In this document: positions 1-8,456 of the stretch, piece by piece
Layout of the letters: each line of letters opens with the position of its first letter
Numbering within the stretch: the first letter of the stretch is position 1
Source: an uncultured Gammaproteobacteria bacterium
GTDB lineage: Bacteria > Patescibacteriota > Patescibacteriia > Magasanikbacterales > UBA922
DNA: 64,000 nt
Reading direction: 5' to 3'
NCBI GenBank assembly: GCA_965231005.1
Contig: OZ246405.1
Span: forward strand, 866,709 to 930,708
Notes under the pieces: model-generated
Seen by the model: the letters and a program-made list of their open reading frames with translations, nothing else
What the model was told of the DNA's origin: nothing
Databases searched by the model: none
Position numbers and translations under genes: made by a program

Positions 1-431
1 AGCCACAGGGAACAGTATGTCCAGATTCCAATTCGAGTCCACTTGTTCATGGTTTCCCCCCTTGTTGAATTGTGCCCATCAGAAGGGCGACGTTGTTGTT
101 GTCACCCCTGAGATTGGGAGAGTTGATTTCACAAGGCAAAAACACCTCTCCTAATCTCAGAAAATTTTCAGTGGATTTGTTTTAATTTATCTCTTATTTT
201 AGCCTAATATAAACGAAGTAGTATAGCATAAAAAAGGCCTTTTGTCAAGATTATAGCACAATTTCTTTAATATTTGCTTAAATAAGCCTAAAATAGACGG
301 ATTGTCCAGATCTTCCTTTATTTGGTACAATATAGGAAATTGGAAACTAGAAATTGGAAATTGGGGAATAAAATTTTCATTTTAGCTATAAACCCCTGAT
401 TTCTGATTTCCAATTTCTAATTTCTACACTT

Positions 432-968
432 ATGAAAAAACCTCTCATTCTTATCATTTTAGGTACAGCACGAATTGGTAGACAGTCAGAGCATGCTGCG
501 AAGTACCTTCTTTCAACGCTAAAAAAGAAATTTGCCAAAGCTCAGTTTAAGCTTGTGGACGTAAAAGATTTTGTTGGTAATAGAACCATTCCATCTTGGG
601 CAGATCCATATCATAAAACAGACACATGGAGAAAGCTTGCAAAAAAAGCAGATGGATTTATTGTGGTAACACCAGAGTACAATAGGGGATATCCAGGTGA
701 ATTGAAAATATTGCTGGATATGGCGTATACTGATGAGTACGGTGAAAAGCCTGCTGTTATTTCTACTGTTTCTGGAGCCAGCCATGGTGGGACAAATGTT
801 GAGCAGCATATTCTTCCAGTTCTCAGAATTATTGGTATGGAAGTATTGCGCAGTAAAATTGCATTTCCAAATGTAAAAGAATTGTTTGAAAAAGATAAAA
901 AGGAAATTGACAAAGCAATGAAAGAGCGAGTAGAAAAAGTGGGAAAAGCATTGCTTGCTAAAATATAA
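432..968 (+). CDS. NAD(P)H-dependent FMN reductase-like flavoprotein (flavodoxin fold)
   Basis: 178-aa ORF; N-terminal LILGTAR motif and TPEYNRGYPG segment typical of the NADPH-dependent FMN reductase family; no SD; ATG at 432 lies 8 nt after a long leader hairpin. Confidence 0.6.
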   Translation: MKKPLILIILGTARIGRQSEHAAKYLLSTLKKKFAKAQFKLVDVKDFVGNRTIPSWADPYHKTDTWRKLAKKADGFIVVTPEYNRGYPGELKILLDMAYTDEYGEKPAVISTVSGASHGGTNVEQHILPVLRIIGMEVLRSKIAFPNVKELFEKDKKEIDKAMKERVEKVGKALLAKI

Positions 969-973
969 AAGAG

Positions 974-3904
974 ATGCCAAAGAAATTAAACAAATCACAA
1001 CAAGATGCCGTCAATATAATTGACGGCCCTCTTTTAATTATTGCAGGAGCTGGAACAGGGAAGACTACTGTGATTACTGAAAAAATTTCACACCTTGTCA
1101 AAAGTGGAAAAGCAAAGCCAGAAGAAATTTTAGCACTCACGTTTACAGATAAGGCAGCAGAAGAAATGAAAGAGCGTGTTGATGATATGCTTAACATTGG
1201 ATATGTTGATTTGCAAATATCAACTTTTCACACCTTTTGTCAGCGTCTCCTTGAACAATTTGGCATTGACATTGGAATAAGTAATCATTTTAAACTTCTT
1301 ACAGAAACAGATGCATGGCTCTTGCTTCGACAGCACATGCTTGATCTAGATCTTGATTATTATAGACCAGCAGGTAATCCAGCAAGGCATATTCATGAAT
1401 TATTAAAACATTTTTCAAAATGTAAAGATGAATTAATTTCTCCAGCACAGTATCTTGAATATGCAGAGAATATAAAGCTTGATAAAGATGATGTTCATGG
1501 AGAGGAAAAAAGCAGACTTACTGAGATTGCAAATGCGTATCATGCATATAACCAACTTCTTTTAGATAACAATGCATTGGATTTTGGTGATTTGATGTAT
1601 TATACCGTTTCTCTTTTGGAAAAAAGAAAAAAGATTAAAGAGAATCTTCAGCAGCGGTTTAAATATATTTTGATTGATGAATTTCAAGACGTAAACTGGG
1701 CACAGTATGTCTTGATTACCTTGTTAGCAGAACATGCACAACTTACTGTTGTGGGAGATGATGATCAAAGTATCTATGCATTTCGTGGTTCAAACGTCTC
1801 TATTATTATGCGATTCAAAGAAGATTTTCCAAAAGCACAAGAAATTGTCCTAAGTGAAAATTTTCGCTCAACACAGAACATTCTTGACCTTGCATACAAA
1901 TCAATTCAAGAAAATAATCCAGATAGACTGGAGGCAAAATTTAGTATCAATAAAAAATTAACAGCGTTTAATGGGAAGTCAAAAGAGAAAAATTCAATTG
2001 TGCATCTTCATTATGCAACGCTTGACGAAGAAGTTTCAGGAGTTGTGAGTCAAATTAATTCCTTGAAAAAAAATAATCCAGATGTTACATGGGATGACAT
2101 TGCAATTCTTGCTCGAGCAAATACGCATGTAGAACCATTTATTCAAGCACTTGAGCAGTCAGGAATTCCATATGAATATCTTGCATCAAGTGGTTTATAT
2201 CGACAGAAAATTGTTCTGGATTGTTTTAATTATTTTAGAGTACTAGACAATAACAAGGAATCATCTGCAATTTATCGATTGCTTCGTCTTCCTTTTTTGA
2301 ACATGAGTGACTTTGACCTACAGCAGTTCACATCATTTTGCAAAAGAAAATCAATTTCATATGTACAAGGTCTTCGCAAAGGAGCTGAGATTGGTCTGAG
2401 CCAAGAGGGGATTGCTGCTTGTCAAAAGATTACCTCTTGGATTTCAGAGGGTATGAGAAGAGAGAGATATGAGAAACCAAGTGTTGTCTTGTACACCTTT
2501 TTGGAGGAAAGTGGATACCTTTCATATCTGACGCATGAGGAGAATCAAGGAAACACAGATGCAATGCGAGAGATTTTATTTTTAAAACAATTTTTTGATT
2601 TTATATCTGCATATGAAAAGGCTGTACCAGATGCACATGTTAGAAGTTTTGTAGAGCATTATACTGCGATTCTCGATTCTGGAGATGCAGGAGGATTGCA
2701 TCAGCCAACCGAAACACGTGATTCTGTAAATATTATGACTGTTCATGGATCAAAAGGATTAGAATTCAAATATGTGTTTCTTATCAACATGGTTGAAGAA
2801 AGGTTTCCGACACGTCGAAAAGGAAAGGGGATAGAAGTTCCAATTGAGCTTATTCATGAACAGCCACCAGAAGGAGACATTCATTATCAAGAAGAAAGAA
2901 GATTGTTTTATGTTGGATTAACACGTGCAAAAGAACAATTATTTTTGACAAGTGCAGATAATTATGGTGGAGTAAGAAAGAAAAAGCTTTCTCGTTTTCT
3001 TGCTGAAATTGGATATGATACAAATTGTGTTAAAGAAGCTGAAAAATCTTTGCTGACTTCTAAAAAAGAAACCAAGTCAGATAGGGGAGCTGTTGAATAT
3101 GATATTCCTAAAAAGTTTTCTTTCTCACAACTAAAGATGTATGAAATTTGTCCATACAAATATAAATTGGCTCATATTTTAAAACTCCCAATGAAAGGCA
3201 GTCCTCATTTTAGTTTTGGAAATACTATTCATAATACGCTTCAAAAGTTTTATGAAAAAGTAAAAGAACTCAATGGATTGAAGCAGGATTCTCTTTTTGG
3301 TCTTCCAAGTGAGTCATCTGTTCAGTCAAATATTCAAGTTCCATCTCTTGATGATCTTTTGAACATGTATGAAGAGTCATGGATTGAAGACTGGTATGAA
3401 AGTAAGTGGCAAAAAGAAACATATCATAAAAAAGGGCGTGACATTCTCAAAATCTTTTATGCTGCACAAGAAGATCATTGGACAATACCAATTAGCTTGG
3501 AAGGATTTTTTAAGATAAAACTTGGAGATGATATTTTGCATGGAAGAATTGATAGAATTGATAAGCAAGAAGACGGAACACTGGAAATTATTGATTATAA
3601 AACAGGAAAAGGCAAGGAAAAACTTGCATCTGGTGATAAAGATCAATTGCTTGTATATCAAATAGCAGCAGAAACATTGCCAGAGTATAGTAATGTTGGT
3701 TCTCCTGGGAAGTTGACGTTTTATTATGTAGAGGATAATATACAAACATCGTTTATTGGAAAAAATGAAGAACTTGAAAAGCTCAAAGATAAATTGATCC
3801 AGAAGATTGAAAAAATCAAACAAGGAGATTTCAAAGCAACACCAAACAAAATCATGTGTCGCAGGTGTGACTTTCGTGATATTTGCGAATTTCGTGCAAA
3901 GTAA
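974..3904 (+). CDS. UvrD/PcrA-family SF1 helicase fused to a C-terminal Cas4/AddB-like PD-(D/E)XK nuclease with a 4-Cys Fe-S motif
   Basis: 976 aa; Walker A GAGTGKTT near the N-terminus, DEFQD motif II and VGDDDQSIY motif III; C-terminus has RIDRIDK...EIIDYKTGK (nuclease motifs II/III) plus CPYKYK and CRRCDFRDIC (C-x2-C-x5-C Fe-S signature as in Cas4/AddB). Confidence 0.8.
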   Translation: MPKKLNKSQQDAVNIIDGPLLIIAGAGTGKTTVITEKISHLVKSGKAKPEEILALTFTDKAAEEMKERVDDMLNIGYVDLQISTFHTFCQRLLEQFGIDIGISNHFKLLTETDAWLLLRQHMLDLDLDYYRPAGNPARHIHELLKHFSKCKDELISPAQYLEYAENIKLDKDDVHGEEKSRLTEIANAYHAYNQLLLDNNALDFGDLMYYTVSLLEKRKKIKENLQQRFKYILIDEFQDVNWAQYVLITLLAEHAQLTVVGDDDQSIYAFRGSNVSIIMRFKEDFPKAQEIVLSENFRSTQNILDLAYKSIQENNPDRLEAKFSINKKLTAFNGKSKEKNSIVHLHYATLDEEVSGVVSQINSLKKNNPDVTWDDIAILARANTHVEPFIQALEQSGIPYEYLASSGLYRQKIVLDCFNYFRVLDNNKESSAIYRLLRLPFLNMSDFDLQQFTSFCKRKSISYVQGLRKGAEIGLSQEGIAACQKITSWISEGMRRERYEKPSVVLYTFLEESGYLSYLTHEENQGNTDAMREILFLKQFFDFISAYEKAVPDAHVRSFVEHYTAILDSGDAGGLHQPTETRDSVNIMTVHGSKGLEFKYVFLINMVEERFPTRRKGKGIEVPIELIHEQPPEGDIHYQEERRLFYVGLTRAKEQLFLTSADNYGGVRKKKLSRFLAEIGYDTNCVKEAEKSLLTSKKETKSDRGAVEYDIPKKFSFSQLKMYEICPYKYKLAHILKLPMKGSPHFSFGNTIHNTLQKFYEKVKELNGLKQDSLFGLPSESSVQSNIQVPSLDDLLNMYEESWIEDWYESKWQKETYHKKGRDILKIFYAAQEDHWTIPISLEGFFKIKLGDDILHGRIDRIDKQEDGTLEIIDYKTGKGKEKLASGDKDQLLVYQIAAETLPEYSNVGSPGKLTFYYVEDNIQTSFIGKNEELEKLKDKLIQKIEKIKQGDFKATPNKIMCRRCDFRDICEFRAK

Positions 3905-3990
3905 TATATACTAAGAATTAAGTATTGAGATTAAGTATTACGGCAATATATTTTTTTAATTTCAATTCTTAATTTTAATAATATTTTGTT

Positions 3991-4290
3991 ATGTCATCTT
4001 TTTCACCGATTGGTGATACAATTAACAAAAAAGGTAGTAGTTCTGATCTTACAAAGCAACTAGAAACAGGTGCAGTTCTTGACGCGGCAAAAGAGGTGTT
4101 TCAAGAACTTTTTTCGCCAGACTTAGCAGCACATGCAAACCCACAATATCTTAAAAATAGAACCCTTACTGTTAGTTGTACAAGCTCTGCTTTAGCACAA
4201 GAAATTAGGCTAAATCAAGCAAGAATTGTAGAAGGAATCAACGAAAAGCTTGGCAAAAAAGAGGTTGATAGAATACGATATCTGGCATAA
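3991..4290 (+). CDS. DUF721/DciA-like small protein (helicase-operon partner)
   Basis: 99 aa; C-terminal segment LTVSCTSSALAQEIRLNQARIVEGINEKLG...VDRIRY resembles the DUF721 (DciA) family pattern; weak, motif-level only. Confidence 0.4.
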   Translation: MSSFSPIGDTINKKGSSSDLTKQLETGAVLDAAKEVFQELFSPDLAAHANPQYLKNRTLTVSCTSSALAQEIRLNQARIVEGINEKLGKKEVDRIRYLA

Positions 4291-4334
4291 GAGTACAAGC
4301 CTTGAAAGAAAGAGGGGAATACTATAGAATAAAG

Positions 4335-4356
4335 GTAGCCTAGGGCTACTTTTTTG
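4335..4356 (+). terminator. Intrinsic terminator (GTAGCC-TAG-GGCTAC stem followed by TTTTTT)
   Basis: Perfect 6-bp stem, 3-nt loop, then a T6 run directly after the 3991-4290 ORF. Confidence 0.5.
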
Positions 4357-4379
4357 CTCTGGTTATATCTTGTAATACT

Positions 4380-4784
4380 ATGACACTAAGACAATATCTC
4401 ACAGTCATGGCAGTGGCAACAATCATGTGTTGGATTTCTTGGATTGTTGTTATTCTTAATATTGATCCATTTACTTCTGCAGCTCTAGGATTTATCTTTT
4501 TTTACACAAGTCTATTCTTGTCACTCATTGGAACAATTTCACTTATGTCATTTTTCTTATATTCTCGTTTTTCAAGCCAACAATTGCCAATGTTCAGATA
4601 TGTGAAAAAGAGTTTTTCAAATGCGCTATTCTTTTCAGTCGTTACCATTAGTCTTTTGTACTTGCAAGCAGCGGGTCTTTTGCATTTCTGGAATTTCACT
4701 GTGTTCCTTTTGGTTGTTGCTCTTGTTATTTCGTTTTCAATATCAACAAAACACTCCCCACAAAGTCAAGATTCATTTTTATAA
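4380..4784 (+). CDS. Hypothetical integral membrane protein (about 4 TM segments)
   Basis: 134 aa dominated by hydrophobic stretches; no recognisable motif. Confidence 0.4.
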   Translation: MTLRQYLTVMAVATIMCWISWIVVILNIDPFTSAALGFIFFYTSLFLSLIGTISLMSFFLYSRFSSQQLPMFRYVKKSFSNALFFSVVTISLLYLQAAGLLHFWNFTVFLLVVALVISFSISTKHSPQSQDSFL

Positions 4785-4790
4785 ATTTTT

Positions 4791-6041
4791 ATGCGTCAGT
4801 CTAGATTATTTACCAAAACATTAAAAAATGCACCTAAAGAAGAAGTGAGTATCAATGCTCAGTTCCTCATTCGTGGTGGATTTATTGAAAAAACAGGAGC
4901 AGGTATTTATACATATCTTCCTCTTGGAAAGAGAGTTCTTTCAAAGATTGAGACTATTATAAGACAAGAAATGGATGCTATTGATGGACAAGAGATTCTT
5001 ATGCCAGCACTCCATCCAAAAGAATATTGGGATAAGACAGGTCGCTGGGAAAGTTTTGGTGCATTGTTCAAATTGATAGGTCATGGTGACAAGGATTTTG
5101 CATTGGGTGCAACACATGAAGAGATCGTCACACCAACTGCGCAAAAATTTATTTTTTCATACAAAGACATGCCAAAATCTGTGTATCAGATTCAGACAAA
5201 ATTTAGAAATGAACCTCGTGCAAAATCTGGAGTGTTGCGTGGGAGAGAATTTTCAATGAAAGATATGTATTCTTTCCATACTGACCAGGAAAATGTGGAT
5301 ACATACTATGATGTTGTTGCAGAAGCCTATGAAAAAGTCTATGTACGATGTGGCATTGGTGAGCAAACACTCATGACCTATGCATCTGGAGGTGCCTTTT
5401 CAAAATATTCACATGAATTTCAAACACTTTCAGAAACAGGAGAAGACACTATTTTTGTCTGTGAAAGTTGTAAAAAAGCAGTGAATCAAGAAATTCTTGA
5501 AGAAGTAAAGCAGTCTTGCCCTGAATGTGGAAATAATTCTCTTCAAGAAAAGAATGCTATTGAGGTAGGGAATATTTTTAAATTGGGAACACGGTTTAGT
5601 GACGCATTCAAATTTACATACGCTTCTGAGGAAGGCGCAGAAAAACCTGTCCACATGGCGTGTTTTGGTCTTGGTCCATCACGTGTTATGGGAACTATTG
5701 TTGAAGTTCATCATGATGAAAACGGAATTATTTGGCCGCAAGAAGTCGCACCCTATCATGTGCATCTTGTTTCTTTGTGCAAAGATGAAAAAGATGTAGA
5801 AAAAGCAGATGCATTGTATAAGAAACTAACTGAGAAAGGGATAGAAGTTCTCTATGATGATAGACCAGATGCAAGAGCAGGAGAAAAGTTCGCAGATAGT
5901 GATTTAATTGGTATTCCAACACGTCTTGTGATTAGCCCAAAAACAATTGAAAAGGATTCAGTGGAAATAAAAGAACGTACAAGTTCAGAATCATCTCTTG
6001 TATTATTAACAGATATTGCTGCGCGCCTGTCCGACGCATAA
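4791..6041 (+). CDS. proS: Prolyl-tRNA synthetase, short form lacking the editing (INS) domain, with a Cys4 zinc-ribbon insert
   Basis: 416 aa; N-terminus MRQSRLFTKTLKNAPKE...YTYLPLG and class II motifs (FRNEPR, GREFSMKDMYSF) match ProRS; CESCKK...CPECG insert; C-terminal anticodon-binding domain. Confidence 0.85.
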   Translation: MRQSRLFTKTLKNAPKEEVSINAQFLIRGGFIEKTGAGIYTYLPLGKRVLSKIETIIRQEMDAIDGQEILMPALHPKEYWDKTGRWESFGALFKLIGHGDKDFALGATHEEIVTPTAQKFIFSYKDMPKSVYQIQTKFRNEPRAKSGVLRGREFSMKDMYSFHTDQENVDTYYDVVAEAYEKVYVRCGIGEQTLMTYASGGAFSKYSHEFQTLSETGEDTIFVCESCKKAVNQEILEEVKQSCPECGNNSLQEKNAIEVGNIFKLGTRFSDAFKFTYASEEGAEKPVHMACFGLGPSRVMGTIVEVHHDENGIIWPQEVAPYHVHLVSLCKDEKDVEKADALYKKLTEKGIEVLYDDRPDARAGEKFADSDLIGIPTRLVISPKTIEKDSVEIKERTSSESSLVLLTDIAARLSDA

Positions 6042-6049
6042 AAGCAACT

Positions 6050-7093
6050 ATGTTAGGAAAATTATTTGGAAAATTTGGAAAAGACATTGGTATTGACCTT
6101 GGAACTGCAAACACACTTGTGTATGTAAAAGATAAGGGGATTGTTATCAATGAATCAACTGTTGTTGCCATTAACAACAAAACCCAGCAAATACTTGCAG
6201 TCGGATATGAGGCAAAAAACATGCTTGGAAAAACGCCTCCACATATTACAGTTACCAGACCACTTAGTGGCGGAATTGTTTCAGATTATGAAGTGACTGA
6301 AAAAATGTTGAAGTACTTTATTGATAAAGTATTTGAAGGTGGTGTGAGTGTTATGAGTCGCCCACGTATTATTATTTCTGTTCCATTAGAAGTTACAGAA
6401 GTTGAAATTAAAGCTGTTGAAGATGCTGCTGTTGCTGCTGGAGCTCGGGAAGTGTTTATTGTGCAAGAACCAATGGTTGCGGCTATTGGTGCTCGCATGC
6501 CAATAAAAGATCCTGTGGGAAACATGATTGTAGATATTGGTGGTGGAAACACAGAAGTTGCTGTTATTTCTCTTAGCGGAGTTGTTATTTGGAAATCGAC
6601 AACTGTTGGTGGAGATGAAATGAATAGAAATATCATGCAGTATGCAAAGGAAGTATTCAATCTTTTTGTTGGTGAAAGACATGCAGAGCAAATTAAAATA
6701 AAAATAGGTTCAGCCATTGACACAGGAGAGCCAATGCAATTTCCAATGCGTGGAAGAGATGTTATTACAGGTCTTCCAAAGGAAGTTATGGTCACAGATG
6801 CTGAAATTAGAGAAGCACTAGAGCGATCTGTCCATGCGATTGCAGATTTAGTAAAAATGACTCTAGAGGTAACACCACCAGAATTGACTGCAGATATTCA
6901 TGAGAGGGGATTGCTTCTCGCAGGGGGTGGATCCCTGCTTCGAGGAATTGATACGGTTATTTCTGCAGCAGCAGAAGTCCCTGTCAGAATAGCTGATGAT
7001 CCATTGACAGCGGTTGTAAGAGGCACAGGAATTCTTTTAGAAGATGATGAACTGCGTGAAGAAGTTGTTCTTCCTTCTGCAAGAGTCAACTAA
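6050..7093 (+). CDS. mreB: Rod shape-determining protein MreB (actin homologue)
   Basis: 347 aa; IGIDLGTANT phosphate-1 motif, DIGGGNTEVAV and LAGGGSLLRG motifs. Confidence 0.9.
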   Translation: MLGKLFGKFGKDIGIDLGTANTLVYVKDKGIVINESTVVAINNKTQQILAVGYEAKNMLGKTPPHITVTRPLSGGIVSDYEVTEKMLKYFIDKVFEGGVSVMSRPRIIISVPLEVTEVEIKAVEDAAVAAGAREVFIVQEPMVAAIGARMPIKDPVGNMIVDIGGGNTEVAVISLSGVVIWKSTTVGGDEMNRNIMQYAKEVFNLFVGERHAEQIKIKIGSAIDTGEPMQFPMRGRDVITGLPKEVMVTDAEIREALERSVHAIADLVKMTLEVTPPELTADIHERGLLLAGGGSLLRGIDTVISAAAEVPVRIADDPLTAVVRGTGILLEDDELREEVVLPSARVN

Positions 7094-7116
7094 CGCTAAA
7101 CAAGATGTAGAGAAAT

Positions 7117-7920
7117 ATGCGTCGTCAAGCAAAAACAATATTTTCAATTACAATGGTCATCATTACGACCATTGTATTTCATTATGTTGGATTTTTAGAT
7201 CCAATAGAACGTGCTGCACAGCACCTTATTACGCCTGGTTCGAAAATAGTATATGAATGGGGGGTTGAACTTGGTGGAGAAATAGAAACGTTTACATCGG
7301 TAACCCAATTGGAAGACGCGTATGTTCAACTAAAAAAAATGTATACAGCTGCCCTAGTAGAAAAAGGAAAGTCTGAAATGCTTGAGCAAGAAAATCGTTC
7401 ACTAAGAGAACAACTAAATTTTTTCAAGACGCATGATATTGAACATATTGGTGCAGAAGTTATCGGAAAAAATATTGACCCAATTGGAAGCAGTATAATT
7501 ATTGATCAAGGGAGTAGGAGTGGTGTGTCAATTGGTAATCCAGTCATCGTAGAAGATGGTGTATTTGTTGGAAAGATTGCAAGAACTGAAGAAGACTTTT
7601 CAATTGTTAGACTTATTAGTGATACACAAAGCAAAATCGCATCAACACTGCTGAATTATGACAAAAGTATTGGACTTGTTGAAGGAGGATATGGAATTAG
7701 TGTTCGCATGAGTTTTATTCCACAAAATGAAGAGATTCAAATTGGGGATATTGTTATGACATCTGGTTTAGAAGAGGGAGTTCCATATGGTTTGCTTATT
7801 GGCACTATTGAATCGGTTGAAAAAGAACTTTATCAACCCTTTCAAAGAGCCATTGTGCAAAGTCCTATCAATTTAGAAAAGATTCGGGTAGTATCTGTGC
7901 TTGTTGATAAAAATATATGA
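7117..7920 (+). CDS. mreC: Rod shape-determining protein MreC
   Basis: 267 aa; N-terminal TM, coiled-coil (LEQENRSLREQLNFF), C-terminal beta domain with GSRSGVSIGNPVI-like segment; position between mreB and mreD. Confidence 0.75.
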   Translation: MRRQAKTIFSITMVIITTIVFHYVGFLDPIERAAQHLITPGSKIVYEWGVELGGEIETFTSVTQLEDAYVQLKKMYTAALVEKGKSEMLEQENRSLREQLNFFKTHDIEHIGAEVIGKNIDPIGSSIIIDQGSRSGVSIGNPVIVEDGVFVGKIARTEEDFSIVRLISDTQSKIASTLLNYDKSIGLVEGGYGISVRMSFIPQNEEIQIGDIVMTSGLEEGVPYGLLIGTIESVEKELYQPFQRAIVQSPINLEKIRVVSVLVDKNI

Positions 7921-8450
7921 AATATATAATGCGCACAATTGGTCTTATCGCTATTATTTTTTTTATTGTAATAATGAATCTTGCCGCGTCATATATATTG
8001 CCGTATCCTTTTTCAAAAATGAATATTTTATTCGTATTACTTCTCTTATTCCTTTTTTGGCGTGAGTCTGGAAAAGTAGTGTGGCTTTCGTTTTTTACGC
8101 ACATTATTATAGAATTTTATGCGCTCACACCATTTGGAATCATTTTATTCTCAGGGACAATAAGTATGCTATTTACATACTGGATATACCAAAATATTTT
8201 TACAAATAAATCAATTTACTCTGTGTTAGCACTTTCAATATTTGCAGTTATTATATACAGATTTTTTTATATGTTTTTATTGTTCCTATTCAACTTTTTT
8301 TCTGGGAGCAGTGAATCCATACCCCTCTTGATGACTATGCAAACATTTGGGTGGGAGATTCTTTTTACAGTCCTTTCTGTTTCAACCGTTTACCTTTTTG
8401 CAACACAAATATCCAAGCCATTTACACGTCTGCGTCGGCGAGTGCTATAA
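7917..8450 (+). CDS. mreD: Rod shape-determining protein MreD (polytopic membrane protein)
   Basis: 177-aa hydrophobic ORF overlapping the mreC stop by 4 nt and preceding PBP2, as in the mreBCD-mrdA arrangement. Confidence 0.55.
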   Translation: MKYIMRTIGLIAIIFFIVIMNLAASYILPYPFSKMNILFVLLLLFLFWRESGKVVWLSFFTHIIIEFYALTPFGIILFSGTISMLFTYWIYQNIFTNKSIYSVLALSIFAVIIYRFFYMFLLFLFNFFSGSSESIPLLMTMQTFGWEILFTVLSVSTVYLFATQISKPFTRLRRRVL

Positions 8451-8456
8451 TTTTCT

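Noticed and set aside
1-154. Partial gene at the window start (plus-strand frame open to ~154; or a minus-strand start at 48-50 with a GGGGGG-like SD giving MNKWTRIGIWTYCSLW...)
   Set aside because: Too short and frame-ambiguous to call. I noted that the segment is GC-richer and that the possible minus-strand N-terminus is Trp-rich like the island proteins.
432-968. FMN riboswitch upstream of the FMN reductase
   Set aside because: The leader hairpin is built from simple GAAATTGGAAA repeats and lacks the conserved FMN-aptamer blocks.
3913-3945. Tandem ATTAAGTATT x2 repeat between the helicase and the DciA-like gene
   Set aside because: Only two 10-bp copies in AT-rich intergenic DNA; likely a trivial low-complexity duplication.
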